From Haliotis rufescens (taxonomy: Eukaryota): a stretch of 64,000 bases of DNA. Shown here one piece after another: positions 23,795-38,000 of the stretch. The notes beneath the pieces were generated by a model that had not been told where the DNA came from, ran no database searches, and was given only the letters and a program-made list of their open reading frames with translations. Numbering within the stretch: the stretch's first letter is position 1; every line of letters starts with the position of its first letter. The stretch spans positions 33,480,001 to 33,544,000 of the forward strand of contig NW_025963835.1 of assembly GCF_023055435.1 (NCBI RefSeq). The letters run 5' to 3'. The translations under genes and the position numbers were made by a program.

Positions 23795-24605
23795 TGTGGT
23801 CTCTGTCTGTGTCTTTGAACCTGTGTGTGTGTGACTGTGGTTTTTCGTGAGCCTCTGTGGGTCTTTTTGGGTCTTTGTGAGCCTGTGTTGGTGACTACGG
23901 GTCTCTGTGACCCCATCGGTCTTTATGAGCCTCTGTGGGTCTCTTTGAGCCTGTGGGTCTTTGTGAGTCTGTGTGTGACTGTGGGTCTCTGTGAGCCTGT
24001 GAGTCTATGTGAGCCTGTGGGTCTTTGTGAGCCTGTGTGGGTCTCTGTGAGTCGGTGTGAGTGACTGTGGGTCTCTGTAAGCCTGTGTTGGTGACTGTGG
24101 GTCTCTGTGAGCCTGTGTGGGTCTCTGACTGTGTTGGTGAATGTGGATCTCTGTAAGCCTGTGTTGGTGACTGTGGGTCTCTGTAAGCCTGTGTTGGTGA
24201 ATGTGGGTCTCTGTGAGCCTGTGTGGGTCTCTGACTGTGTTGGTGAATGTGGATCTCTGTAAGCCTGTGTTGGTGACTGTGGGTCTCTGTAAGCCTGTGT
24301 TGGTGAATGTGGGTCTCTGTGAGCCTGTGTGGGTCTCTGTGTTGGTGAATGTGGATCTCTGTAAGCCTGTGTTGGTGACTGTGGGTCTCTGTAAGCCTGT
24401 GTTGGTGAATGTGGGTCTCTGTGAGCCTGTGTGGGTGACTGGGTCTCTGTGAACCTTTGTGGGTCACTGACTGTGAGTGACTGTGGGTTTATGTGAGTGA
24501 ATGTGGGTTTCTTTGAGCCTGTGTTGGTGAATGTGGGTCTCTGTGAGCCTGTGTGGGTCTCTGACTGTGTGAGTGACTGTGGGTCTGCGTGAGTGAGCCT
24601 GTGGG
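23795..24605. repeat. GT-rich degenerate tandem repeat (GTGGGTCTCTGTGAGCCTGT core) just downstream of the SLC8B1 stop
   Basis: Visible array; explains ORFs 23825-24467. Confidence 0.9.
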
Positions 24606-26605
24606 TGTCATGTTGATGTTTACTTATGAAAGTTCAATAGAATTAGATGTACATTGTATTTATGTATATTTATGATGTGTTATACATTGATATACTCCCA
24701 TGCCAGTGTGATATAGAACATACTGATATACAGTGTTCATGTAATATAGAGCATGTATATTATGTTACATTATATATCTTTAATGTTAAAGAAAAACTAT
24801 CCTGATGCACACAATACTCTCATGATTCTGTCTCAGATCTCATTTCTATTTAATACTACATTTTGGATAGTCTTGTATCATGATATAGGTCCATATGTAT
24901 CGTGTCTTGTATTGAAGACCATGTATCATGGAGCACATCAGTTTGGGTGTATCATTACGTCCTTGATAACGAATGCCACAATGTTGGCACAGTCCTGAGT
25001 ATTGGTTGGTAGATTAATAAGTGAAAGTTAGAATGGCCTTTCTCATTTGAATTATTAATACCATAACAATTAATATGATTAGGGTTATTTTGTTAACAAT
25101 ATCTTTATATCAGTTTGAGTGAGAAATAATATGAAATATGGATGGAATGTCAAATACTTGATATCCTTCTCCACAAACACGAATATTCCTCATACAACAC
25201 GTGTCACAGCCTTGTAGGGACCTACTCTACTTCAACGCCACTATCATGTTCAATGACTTAATACCATGCAGCTGAATTAAGTTTGTATTCTGTTTAAGAA
25301 GTTCTTTATAGTCATCAAGTGTTTTATTACAATTGCTTTTCTAATAGGAGGACATGGATGTCTTTGTCTTCCTGGTATTTTGAATCACTCATGTTTTGTC
25401 GGTGAGTTTGTGATAAGTGTCATGTATGTTTATATCCTGTATACATTACCTCCCTGTCAAAAATTAAACAAGTATATCCCATCAAATGTTCATGAGGAAA
25501 ATGAGGAACAGGTGTCCCAGTTGTCTAACGTGCAGAGTTGTGTCCCCTGGGCATGTCAGAAACCTATGACCGTGGGTTAGAATTCTGGGATGCCCGATTA
25601 TGTTTCTAGGTTTGTCAGCACCATGTCCCTGCTTGTGGATTTCACAAAAGTGGGAAACGTCCAAGACCTGCTTCACTTCGGGCTTTCCTTCCACATTAAG
25701 TGATGTAACTAGATACTGTTCATAGTGGAGTTAAACCCAACTCATAATGAAAAGGGATTATTCTAAGAAACCATGTGTTTCTGTAAACAGGGGCTTGTGT
25801 CCTTACCATATAGATAACTCTATAAATTCTTTTACTTTTGGGGTGGGGAGGGGTTGGATAGTAGAGGATAGCTCAAGAGAGCTTTTCCTTTTCCCAAGAG
25901 CAGGGGACATAACTCTGTATGGAGAATCAATCTACTAATTATTTGCTCTGTTTTGAGGGGTGTTTGGCTGGGCCTTAGCAAGATCTAGCCACTGTTTACC
26001 AGCTGGTGTATGCTGTCAGTGTCACACACACACCCTGAAACTCCCCCGTCGCACAATACTCGTACCAGGTGCAATAAATATATGAATAAAGATTATTTTT
26101 CTTAATCTGACTTGCTTTGTTGTAATTTAATAACATCATAAATAGTGGAAATTCCGTGACCTTGTAGTGCAAGGGTTCAAGGTAAGGCAAGGTCATCGGC
26201 TGCCATGGGGAAGGTCAAGGGTGTGGATTGGGTGGTTACAAGTGTGACCTGGCTCCTGTTGTGGAGCTGAACTGTTGCTGCTGACTGCACATTTAACACC
26301 CTTCATTTATCTTACCCTGTATCCCAGTGCTTGCTTCAAGAGGTACCGCCTCCGTTGTCTTGTCTGGTGGATAGACGTCTGCCCAGAAGAGAGGTCGGTG
26401 GTTCGATCCCCGGGCAATTAAAAAATCGATAGACTTTAAAACATGCAACTTGTTACTCTGCCTGACACTCAGCATTAATTTGCCATTAAAGAAATAAAAC
26501 AAGTCAGTCTACTGTGTCTGAGTGAGGTATCCATGGTAAACTGACACATGGTATCTCAGTGGGCAAGCAGTATAAAACCGACTTTAGTCGGAGTAGTACG
26601 CACGC

Positions 26606-26646
<41 letters not shown>

Positions 26647-26829
26647 CACATGCACGCACACACACATGCACGCACGCACGCACACACTGCTGTATTAGTG
26701 CAACCAACAATCTTCTTGAATGCACTGTAAATCCCATTTCTCCTCACCTCACCTTAAATAATAGATGAGGTGATTCTGGGTGAAGTGAAATGTGATTTTA
26801 GATCGCATTTAATTGCACATATATAGCGA

Positions 26830-26883
<54 letters not shown>

Positions 26884-29800
26884 TCTGTCGGTTTTATGAT
26901 GCTATGGATACCATGTCGCAGGTATAGCATTGTTACCCCCCGAAGATCCGGGGTAGAATAGGTCTTCAGCAACCCATGCTTGTGGTAAAAGGGGACGATG
27001 CTTATCATAAGAGGCGACTGATGTTGATGCATGTCAGCGTATCCCAATTGCGTAGATCGATGCTCATGATATCAATCACTTGATCTGGTCCAGACCACCG
27101 TCGTGGTTGGAGTGAGTGAATGAGTTGGGTTTAACGCCGCTTTTAACATTATTCCAGTTATATCAGTGTCAGCTTAATTTGGGAGGAAAGCCCGAAGTGA
27201 TGCAGGTCTCAGACGTTTACCACTTCGGTGAAACCCACGAGCACGGGTATGGTGCTGACAAACCTAGAAACATAATCGGGGCGAACCGGGATTCGATCCC
27301 ACAATCATAGTTTTCTGGCGTGTCCAAGGGACGCAACTCTGCATAGCGACATATAGCCGGAATATTGCTGAGTGCGGCGTTAAGAAGCAAACAAACAAAC
27401 AAACGAAATGTTTCATCTCCATAATGTACCATGCAGGGAAACAAGTACCACATTTCAACGTCTTTCGTTTGACGCGGACGGGGATCGAACCCGCTACCTT
27501 CCACTCTCCGGGCAGATGCTCTACCCACTCGACCAAGGAGGCGGTCCGTCTGTCCTGTGAACAATCTCCGAACCGACCAGTCCTTGTTTTATCCCTTTAA
27601 TTCCGAGGTCCAGGCACATGCTTAAAGGAGATATATTGAAAAAAAACACTTTTGAAAACATGTTAGTTAAAGAGTCTTACAAAGTACATATTTACACCAA
27701 AAAAGAATCATATGTGATTTCACTGTTCTCTTAAAAACAACAAGCAACTGCCCTGATCCCTGATTAAAATCCCAGCTGGGGGCCGAGCTGTAGCTGTGAC
27801 GTCATGGTGGAGAGATGTCCGCCAATGTTTCGTTTACAGTGTATTATTCTTCATGACGATGAAGTGATTTTCCGATATTCTCAGCGTATTGAAGACGCAA
27901 AATTTGGTTTTGTGTAGGCGTGGTGGTGTGCTAGTTTATCACACAAAAGTACCAAGCCTCATTTCCTTAAGTCAAAGCGAACAGGCCGATTTAGATTCCT
28001 GCATTTTGAAGCATCTATCAATAAGATCCAGACAAACTAAACGAACTTGGTTATAAAGATATATTTAGCATTCGTTGTTGCATTAAGCCATGACTGACTA
28101 CCTCCCTACAATAAATTACAAAGAACCATGCACATTAATCAGACTACATGCTATATTGTATATATCGGGTTTTATATTTGGCACAATTGAGGTGTACATA
28201 AATTTACATATTCAGTTCCTGGTCTTGCGTACTTGAAACCCATGTCTGATTCCGCTAGAAGGGTCTCTCATATTGTATTCACAAAACATGTAGGGTGAAT
28301 TGTTCTACATTTTTCAGGGTGCCAACCCCTCCTCCCCTGAATCCCGAATACCATCTAATGTTTCACTCCGAGGCTCACCCCTGAAACCAGAATATATACT
28401 ACTCAACACAAATCTCAAAAGGGTGCGATTGCCAGTAAAATTTATGATAAAATATCGAGCAAAACGTAAACATATAAAGGAAACTTTTGCGTACACCATT
28501 ATTTTTTTAATATAAATGTTGAATCTGCATACCACATACGATTTTATATGAGTCCCCCGTACCACATCGCTGAGTACCGAATACCCTCTAAATAGACCGC
28601 TGAATCCCGCGAACCCAAAGGGGGTTGGAAGCCTCATTATTGGGACGTCTTTAATAAACTGGACTTGAAGTTTAGAATCTTCTGATTGCACAGTATCTGA
28701 AAGCCCTAAAATAATTTGAAACCTCATTTAAACTAGAATATAATATAGCTACGTGATAAATCGCAAAGAAGAACGAAGAGTGGTTTATTGCTCCCCTCGT
28801 GGTTTAATCTCCCTGCAGTGTTTTATTGTACGATAAACAACTCCCACTCGACGTTTATTTCTTAAATATACTACACTTAATACTCACCACCACGTACATT
28901 ACATAGACCTACACCTTTTTTATATGAAAACAGGATAATTGATATGAATGAAGAGGCCTTAGTCATGAACAATGAAAAATAAAAAATATCAACTACAATG
29001 TACATGTATTTGCCTCGAGAATGATTTTGCGTTAAATGTCCATGTGGAAAAAAGTATTGTGTGTCAATTTTATTGGATATATCTTTACCAATCAGAGGCG
29101 GATCTAGTTTTTCTCAAAAGAACTGGACAGGGACGTTTTAACTGGTTGTGGGGTAGGGTGGTGGGGGTTGGGGGTTTGGGTGGTGTAGGTGTGTGTGTGT
29201 GTGGGGGGGGGGGCTTAACCCCATGAATCCCGCCTCTGAATCCCTAAACTATTACAGGTTACATTTGGTGCACATTTTGAGAGAAGTAATAATGTGACAG
29301 GTATTTTTTGTGTCATATTGACAGTTTTATTTCGTTTATTTGTTGTTATGTCATATTGCATTATGTCACAATGTATCATGGGATAAATACAGTTATGGTT
29401 GGAATTAAGCATTAATCTGTATCAGCAACCATGAATGGTAACAAGAGATAAATAATGAAATATTTGTGAAAACAGTTTCGAAAATTTACGGAGCTCTGCA
29501 CCCCCTGAAGTAAAGCTGTGGGCATCGGGTCTGTTGTCTTTTCACACCATCGTCCATTTATTAGAAACAATACTTTAACGAGCCTAGCTATGGTTCTGTA
29601 GCGTAGCAAAACGGAGTACATTTTGAAGTTATGTATATTTCAATGTAAATTTCACAAAGGGAAAAAAAGCAAGTTATGTTTATTTTCTGGTGGTTTGAAA
29701 TGAAATGATGTTTGGGATTATCTGCCCTTGGGCAGAGGTGAAGGTTGGAGAGAATAAAAATGGCGGTAAGAAATCGACGTCTAGTTGTCTGTGGTATCAA

Positions 29801-31859
29801 GAAATATTTCACAAGAATAATTATAGTAGAAGACTGGTCCCACAACGCAACAGTTCTGTTAGAATATCCAATTTGCCATGAACACTTTGCAAGCAAAACA
29901 TTGTCTTCAGTTATCAACAGTGTAGTTTCTCGGTTGCGGGAGAACATGCAGAACAATCAGTGAAGCTTGAAGATGTTGAATGCAATACAGTGAGAATGGT
30001 CTTTCGCCGCTTTTAGCAATATTCCAGCAATATGATAGCGGGAGATAGCAAGGGAATGGGTTTGACACACAATCCCATGTTGGGAATCGAACCCGATCGT
30101 CGGCGTGACGAGCCAACCACTGGGCTAACTTCACACGTAAACAACGTAAACAATAAAATAAATGTTCGATATCATTTTATTACAAAAAGAAATGAAATAA
30201 TCAAGAATAAAATACATACGAAGGTACACCACGGGGAATATATTGCATCGACAATGAATGTATCGTAGCCATTACACACAACATACGTGGGAGGGGAGTA
30301 TATACCCGGGAACGTAATGACAGTCACCCAGTTCCACACGGTGCTGTCCGTGTTACAAGCTCCTTCCCAGCGCGTGACACCGTTACACTCTCGTATAGAC
30401 AGCAAGGGTATGTCCGTGTTAGGGGGCTGACGGAACAGCAACAGGGAACCAGATTGGTAAGAATTGGTCAAATACATATTGTACACAGGGGATTTATACA
30501 TTGTTGATGTAACATGTAACGGGTTATTTATACAGTGTTGATGTAACATTTAACGGACGGCATATATACTATCAAAGGAACGTAAGCCACGAATCGGAAA
30601 TACATATTGGCTCTATAAACTAAAACATTTGACCCAATACAAATCCTGACAGTGTTTAAATGCACTAGAGCTGCGAGCGTTTGTTTGTTGAATAACGCCG
30701 CACTCAGCAATATTCCAGCTACATGACGGCGGTCTGTATATAATCGGACCAGACAACCAGTGGTTGATAAAGTGATCAACGTACGACGACAGGCAATCAA
30801 CCACGTAACTGAGTCTGACCATCTGATCCCCTAACTTGCCTCTGACGACTCTAATCACACCCGGAATAAGTGAGAAGAGTTTTACGTCGTTTCTATCAAT
30901 ATTCCACAGTCAAGAAATATCAAGAATTAGCTCCATGTATACCCATGTAGATTCGAACCCGCGTCTGACACGCGACGAGCCAAGCTTTAACCTCCGTCCA
31001 GATAACCCTCGAAAAGATCTCAGGAGATACTGAGTAAGTATGGTTTTTACGCCGCTTTCAGAAATATTCCAGCAATATCACGGTGGTGACACCAGAAATG
31101 GGCTTCACACATTGTACCCATGTGGAGAATCGAACGCGGGCCTTTGGCGTGACGAGTGAACGCTTTAACCACTAGGCTACCCTAACCTCGGGAGGTACTG
31201 AAGTAACTCGGAAGTAGATTTCACGCTATTCGGTTGATCTGTAGAGATTGACCGTAAGCGTATATAGCCGCACTGAAACATGAACATCAAGTGCATAATG
31301 GAATATAAATGGTATATAAACATATATAGTTCACATCCATACCGGGGACAAAGTCTTGAAACAATATGAACATTCAAAGCAAAAAGGTCAGTGACGTGAA
31401 TTGCATTCGTCACAACTCGTTACTTTCCGTACAGTATGCCCGTTATGAGTCTAGTCCTGAATGTTCCATTTAAAAGGGAGTCATCGAGCGTTCCTTCCAA
31501 CCGCTGCTTTTGAGGGTTATCGTTATCCTTCAGTTCCTACACGTGTATGTCTGGTGGTTATACCACTAGTGTCGTGTGCACAAAGGCAATTCCATTGTGA
31601 CGTAATAGGTCACGTGTTACTTTAGTTCTTCCAGCCTGTGGGTATTGCACGGCTATGTTTAGCAGTAAATGACGGGTTGATGTAATCTGTTGTCGACGGT
31701 CTGGTTTGGCAAGGTACAGCCCTCTGGGTATAGACGCGAGCTCATAATCCCCACTATTGCTCCGTACACTCAGTTTAACGAGCACCCATTCGTGACAACC
31801 CCGATTGTTTATCAAGAACAAACATACATTAGCCGAAAGATTCCGAATGCCTTGGCAGT

Positions 31860-32008
31860 CTATTTGCCAAGTTTGGACCGCCTTTCACTGCTCGTCGGTC
31901 GCTTGTTTGGCGAATCTGGTTTTGACCCGCTTTTTCCAGATTTGGTTGTCTTCTTGAAGCGGTCTTTTCGGTTCCTTGTGGCAGGTCGTGAGAGGTTGTT
32001 AAGTTTGA
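31860..32008 (-). CDS. C22orf15: C22orf15-like exon 5, basic C-terminal tail, TAG stop
   Basis: tttcag| acceptor; K/R/S-rich tail as in the family. Confidence 0.85.
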
Positions 32009-35000
32009 CTGAAACAACAAAACATACATAAACAACATGTTCATCACAGCATAAGACCATGAGACCGGGTCAGATTTGGTCTTCAGCAAACCATGCTTGT
32101 TGTAAGAGGCGAGTAAAGGGATCGGGTGGTCAGGCCCGCTGACTTGGTTGATGCATGTCATCTTATCCCATTTGCATAGATCGATACTCAAGATATCAAT
32201 CACAGAATTGTCTGGTCCATACTCGATTATTTACAGACTGACGTCATATAGCTGGAATATTGCTGAGTGCGGTCTTTGGCATGGCGAGCGAACGCTTTAA
32301 CCGATAGCAACTTGACATGCTATTTACAACCTGACTTGATATTTACAGCTTGACTTGCTATTTACAGCTTGACTTGCTATTTGTAACTTGACATGCTATT
32401 TATAGCTTGACTTGTTATTTACGGCTTGACATGCTATTTACAACTTGACTTGCTATTTACAGCTTGACTTGCTATTTACAGCTTGACTTGCTATTTACAG
32501 CTCGACTTGCTATTTACAATGACTTCCTGCGAAACCAACATATGGAACCCAACATAATATACCCATGTTCTTCCTGAAAGACATCGGTGTTTGCACTCAC
32601 TCACTAACTCACTCACTCACCCATCAAGTCTGGGTTGACGTGTTCCAAGTTGTTCAACATTGAGACGTATCGGTTCTGGCCATTCTCCCCCGCCTCTGGA
32701 AAACAAATAACACAAAATGAGACGTCGTTAAAGATACCGAGCGTTTGTCGGTTATGAATAGTCAAGCCCCAATGGTGGTCGGGACGGATGGGTGTGGGGG
32801 TGGCGGTAGGTGTGGGGGTAGTTCTAGTGTTCTATAACAGTTTCATGCATGGCTATTAATCGAACATTGAGTGATTCAGGGAGTTGGGTTTTACTCCGTA
32901 TTAGACGGTATATCAGTCATATGGCCAGCCGTTTTCAGCCTCCCTGCCAGCGGCCACACCCACAGTTGCGGTATGGCCTGCCTTGGGGTGACGTATTAAA
33001 TTACACAAAGCAATCGCAGCGCTACGACTGTCGTAAGTCTCTGTTAAAGTACTCGTATGGGTGTTAGCGCTACGGTCTCTCTGTGGAACGGGACCCAGGG
33101 CCGTAACCGTGGCTCAGGAAACAGAGTGAGTGAGTGAGTGAGTGAGTATGGTCATACGCCGCTTTTAGCAATATTCCAGCAATATCACGGCGGGGGACAC
33201 CAGAAATGGGCTTCACACATTGTACCCATGTCGGGAATCGAACCCGGGTTTTCGGCGTGACGAGCGAACGCTTCAACCACTAGGCTACCCGACCGCCCCT
33301 CAGGAAACAGACAGGACAGATGCAGCGTGTGTGGGAGACAAGTCATGACACACGTGGGCATGGTTTGTTTGTTTGTTGTTTAAGGCCGCACTCAGCAATA
33401 TTCCAGCTATATGACGGTGGTCTGTAAAAAATCAAGTCTGGACCAGACAATCCAGTGATTAATAGCAGGAGCATCGATCCACGCAGTTTGGATCGATGAC
33501 AAGCATCAACCAAGTCAGCGAGCCTGACCACCCGATCCTGTTAGTCGCCTCTTACGACAAGCATAGTAACCTTTTACATCAAGCATGGGTTGCTGATGAC
33601 ATATTTTACCCCGGATGTTCACGGGTAGGTGTGCATGGTGCCGAAGCCTTACAACCCCCCAACAGCTACATGCAAGACATACGTTTGAATTAATATCAAT
33701 TTTAATCCAATAGATGTGAATATAATGTCCGATATTGGTAATGAAGGTGAGTGCGCCAATGCATATGGAAATTCCTTTCATTCGCGTTAGTGTGTTCGCA
33801 TTGATGACTGGCAGTCAGTGCTGAACACATTAGTTCACACAGATTCGCCGCTGATATGGTACCTTTGTTAGTTTCAGGAATTCACACACGGGGGGAATAG
33901 TAAACCACGAGGCACTGTAGCTCACCCGAATGTTTAGTTTTTTCGTTTTAAATAATTTTAAATCATGTCAGTCAGACAGGGCACGTTACCAAACTAGGCA
34001 ACATTTGTTTCTGCACAATATAAATAGTCAGTGTATATCACGCTACACAATATAAATAGTCAGTGTATATCACGCTACACAGTATAAATAGTCAGTGTAT
34101 ATCACGCTACACAATATAAAGTCAGTGTATATCACGCTGCACAATATAAATAGTCAGTGTATATCACGCTACACAGTATAAATAGTCAGTGTATATCACG
34201 CTACACAATATAAAGTCAGTGTATATCACGCTGCACAATATAAATAGTCAGTGTATATCACGCTACACAGTATAAATAGTCAGTGTATATCACGCTACAC
34301 AATATAAAGTCAGTGTATATCACGCTGCACAATATAAATAGTCAGTGTATATCACGCTGCACAATATAAATAGTCAGTGTATATCACGCTGCACAATATA
34401 AATAGTCAGTGTATATCACGCTGCACAATATAAATAGTCAGTGTATATCACGCTGCACAATATAAATAGTCAGTGTATATCACGCTGCACAATATAAATA
34501 GTCAGTGTATATCACGCTGCACAATATAAATAGTCAGTGTATATCACGCTACACAATATAAATAGTCAGTGTATATCACGCTACACAATATAAATAGTCA
34601 GTGTATATCACGCTACACAATATAAATAGTCAGTGTATATCACGCTACACAATATAAAGTCAGTGTATATCACGCTACACATATATAAATAGTCAGTGTA
34701 TATCACGCTACACAATATAAAGTCAGTGTATATCACGCTACACAATATGAATAGTCAGTGTATATCATATTACACAATATAAATAGTCAATGTATATCAC
34801 GCTGCATAATATGAATAGTCAGTGTATATCATACTACACAATATAAATAGTCAGTGTATATCATACTACACAATATAAATAGTCAGTGTATATCACGCTG
34901 CACAATATGAATAGTCAGTGTATATCATACTACACAATATAAATAGTCAGTGTATATCATACTACACAATATAAATAGTCAGTGTATATCACGCTGCACA

Positions 35001-38000
35001 ATATGAATAGTCAGTGTATATCATACTACACAATATAAATAGTCAGTGTATATAATACTGCACAATATAAATAGTCAGTGTATATCATACTACACAATAT
35101 AAATAGTCAGTGTATATCATACTACACAATATAAATAGTCAGTGTATATCATACTACACAATATGAATAGTCAGTGTATATCATACTACACAATATAAAT
35201 AGTCAGTGTATATCACGCTGCACAATATAAATAGTCAGTGTATATCATACTACACCATATAAATAGTCAGTGTATATCACGCTACACAATATAAATAGTC
35301 AGTGTATATCATACTACACAATATAAATAGTCAGTGTATATCACGCTGCACAATATGAATAGTCAGTGTATATCATACTACACAATATAAATAGTCAGTG
35401 TATATCATACTACACAATATAAATAGTCAGTGTATATCATACTACACAATATGAATAGTCAGTGTATATCATACTACACAATATAAATAGTCAGTGTATA
35501 TCATACTACACAATATAAATAGTCAGTGTATATAATACTGCACAATATAAATAGTCAGTGTATATCATACTACACAATATAAATAGTCAGTGTATATCAC
35601 GCTACACAATATAAATAGTCAGTGTATATCACGCTACACAATATAAATAGTCAGTGTATATCATACTACACAATATGAATAGTCAGTGTATATCATACTA
35701 CACAATATAAATAGTCAGTGTATATCATACTTCACAATATAAATAGTCAGTGTATATCACGCTACACAATATAAATAGTCAGTGTATATCATACTACACA
35801 ATATGAATAGTCAGTGTATATCATACTACACAATATAAATAGTCAGTGTATATCATACTACATAATATAAATAGTCAGTGTATATCATACTACACAAGAG
35901 GACGTGAATACATAGAGGAGATCCAGGCGTGCACACGGAACGGACGACGAACCATGCTGATATTAAGGGAAAACAGCAAGAGATATCCAAAGACGGGAAG
36001 ATCTAAATTAACACGTGACCTAAATACGTCACAATAGAATTCCCTTTCTGCACACAACAACGGCGAAAACTACCGACTTGGACTTATTTATTGGAAAACA
36101 ATGACGCTAGAAGAAGCACTATACTTTATGACTGATGTTAGGCGTAAGCAGAGCTTGCATCGACGCTCGCTACCACCTTTAACGCACAGGATCCATTCGG
36201 CACAGGTAAGCTAAACATAGAAACCAAAACCTGAAATAAGTTGACCTTTTAATCCTTCGACTGCGAACACTACCACTGAGGTATATAGAAACATTATTTA
36301 TGGAAACATGCCTTTGACAAACACAATGAAGGCTCCCCGTGGGGCCAATTCAATCTGAATGTGACACCACCGCAAGAATGCTTGCTATATGGTTCAGGTG
36401 ACACGAGGGGACCTTTCTTTATTTCCATAACAAGGTTTCCCGTGCTTTTAAATTTCAAAACATATATAGATAAAAGCAATAAATCCTTAGCAAGTCTAAG
36501 CTATTCCCAACTTGACACCTCATAATATGGCAGGCACATGGGTTGTATACGAGTAATACACGAGTAGGGCAATCAGTCTTTACAAGCAAGTCAATAGTGG
36601 GACAAGTCAAGTCGTACATTATACCTGTTCGTCTAGTAGACAAACACTGAAGACGAGTGTTGAGTGAAGGGGGTTTCAATTGTGCACTGCGTGCTCTGTC
36701 AGCTTGCTATTTGAAAACTGAAACCCGAATTAAGATGTATGTCTAGGTAGACCTACCTTCCATCCGTATTAAGATGTATGTCTAGGTAGACCTACCTTCC
36801 ATCCGTATTAAGATGTATGTCTAGGTAGACCTACCTTCCACCCGTATTAAGATGTATGTCTAGGTAGACCTACCTTCCATCCGTATTAAGATGTATGTCT
36901 CGGTATACCTACCTTCCACCCGTATTAAGATGTATGTCTAGGTAGACCTACCTTCCACCCGTATTAAGATGTATGTCTAGGTAGACCTACCTTCCACCCG
37001 TATTAAGATGTATGTCTAGGTATATCTACCTTCCACCCGTATTAAGATGTGTGTCTAGGTATACCTACCTTCCACCCGTATTAAGATGTATGTCTAGGTA
37101 GACCTACCTTCCACCCGTATTAAGATGTATGTCTAGGTAGACCTACCTTCCACCCGTATTAAGATGTGTGTCTAGGTATACCTACCTTCCACCCGTATTA
37201 AGATGTATGTCTAGGTAGACCTACCTTCCACCCATATTAAGATGTATGTCTAGGTGTTCCTACTTTCCACCCGTATTAAGGTGTATGTATTGGTATACCT
37301 ATCTTCCACCCGTATTAAGATATATGTCTAGGTATATCTACCTTCCACCCGTATTTAAATGTATGTCAAGATTGACCTTACTTCCATCCGTATTACGATA
37401 TATGTGTGGGTAGACTACTGAACGGTATGAACATGTACGTGTGGGTAGACAACTGAACGGTATGAACATGTATGTGTGGGTAGACAACTGAACGGTATGA
37501 ACATGTACGTGTGGGTAGACAACTGAACGGTATGAACATGTATGTGTGGGTAGACAACTGAACGGTATGAACATGTACGTGTGTGTAGATAACTGAACGG
37601 TATGAACATGTATGTGCGGGTAGACAACTGAACGGTATGAACATGTACGTGTGGGTAGACAACTGAACGGTATGAACATGTATGTGTGGGTAGACTACTG
37701 AACGGTATGAACATGTATGTGTGGGTAGATAACTGAACGGTATGAACATGTATGTGTGGGTAGACAACTGAACGGTATGAACATGTATGTGTGGGTAGAC
37801 TACTGAACTGTATGAACATGTACGAGTGGGTAGACAACTGAACGGTATGAACATGTACGTGTGTGTAGATAACTGAACGGTATGAACATGTATGTGTGGG
37901 TAGACAACTGAACGGTATGAACATGTATGTGTGGGTAGACAACTGAACGGTATGAACATGTATGTGTGGGTAGACTACTGAACTGTATGAACATGTAGGT

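Noticed and set aside
27620-27800. TTAA-AGG start of a Kolobok-like element
   Set aside because: No matching right-hand TIR found by eye.
28297-28515. Possible + strand exon after ttttcag (GANPSSPESRIP...)
   Set aside because: No recognisable homology, no partner exons, and composition turns AT-rich and non-coding.
29745-29963. AAAATGGCG|GTAAGA as a first micro-exon, or ORF with ICHEHF as a THAP domain
   Set aside because: No downstream + strand exons found; the other THAP residues (N-terminal CxxxxC, P, W spacing) are absent.
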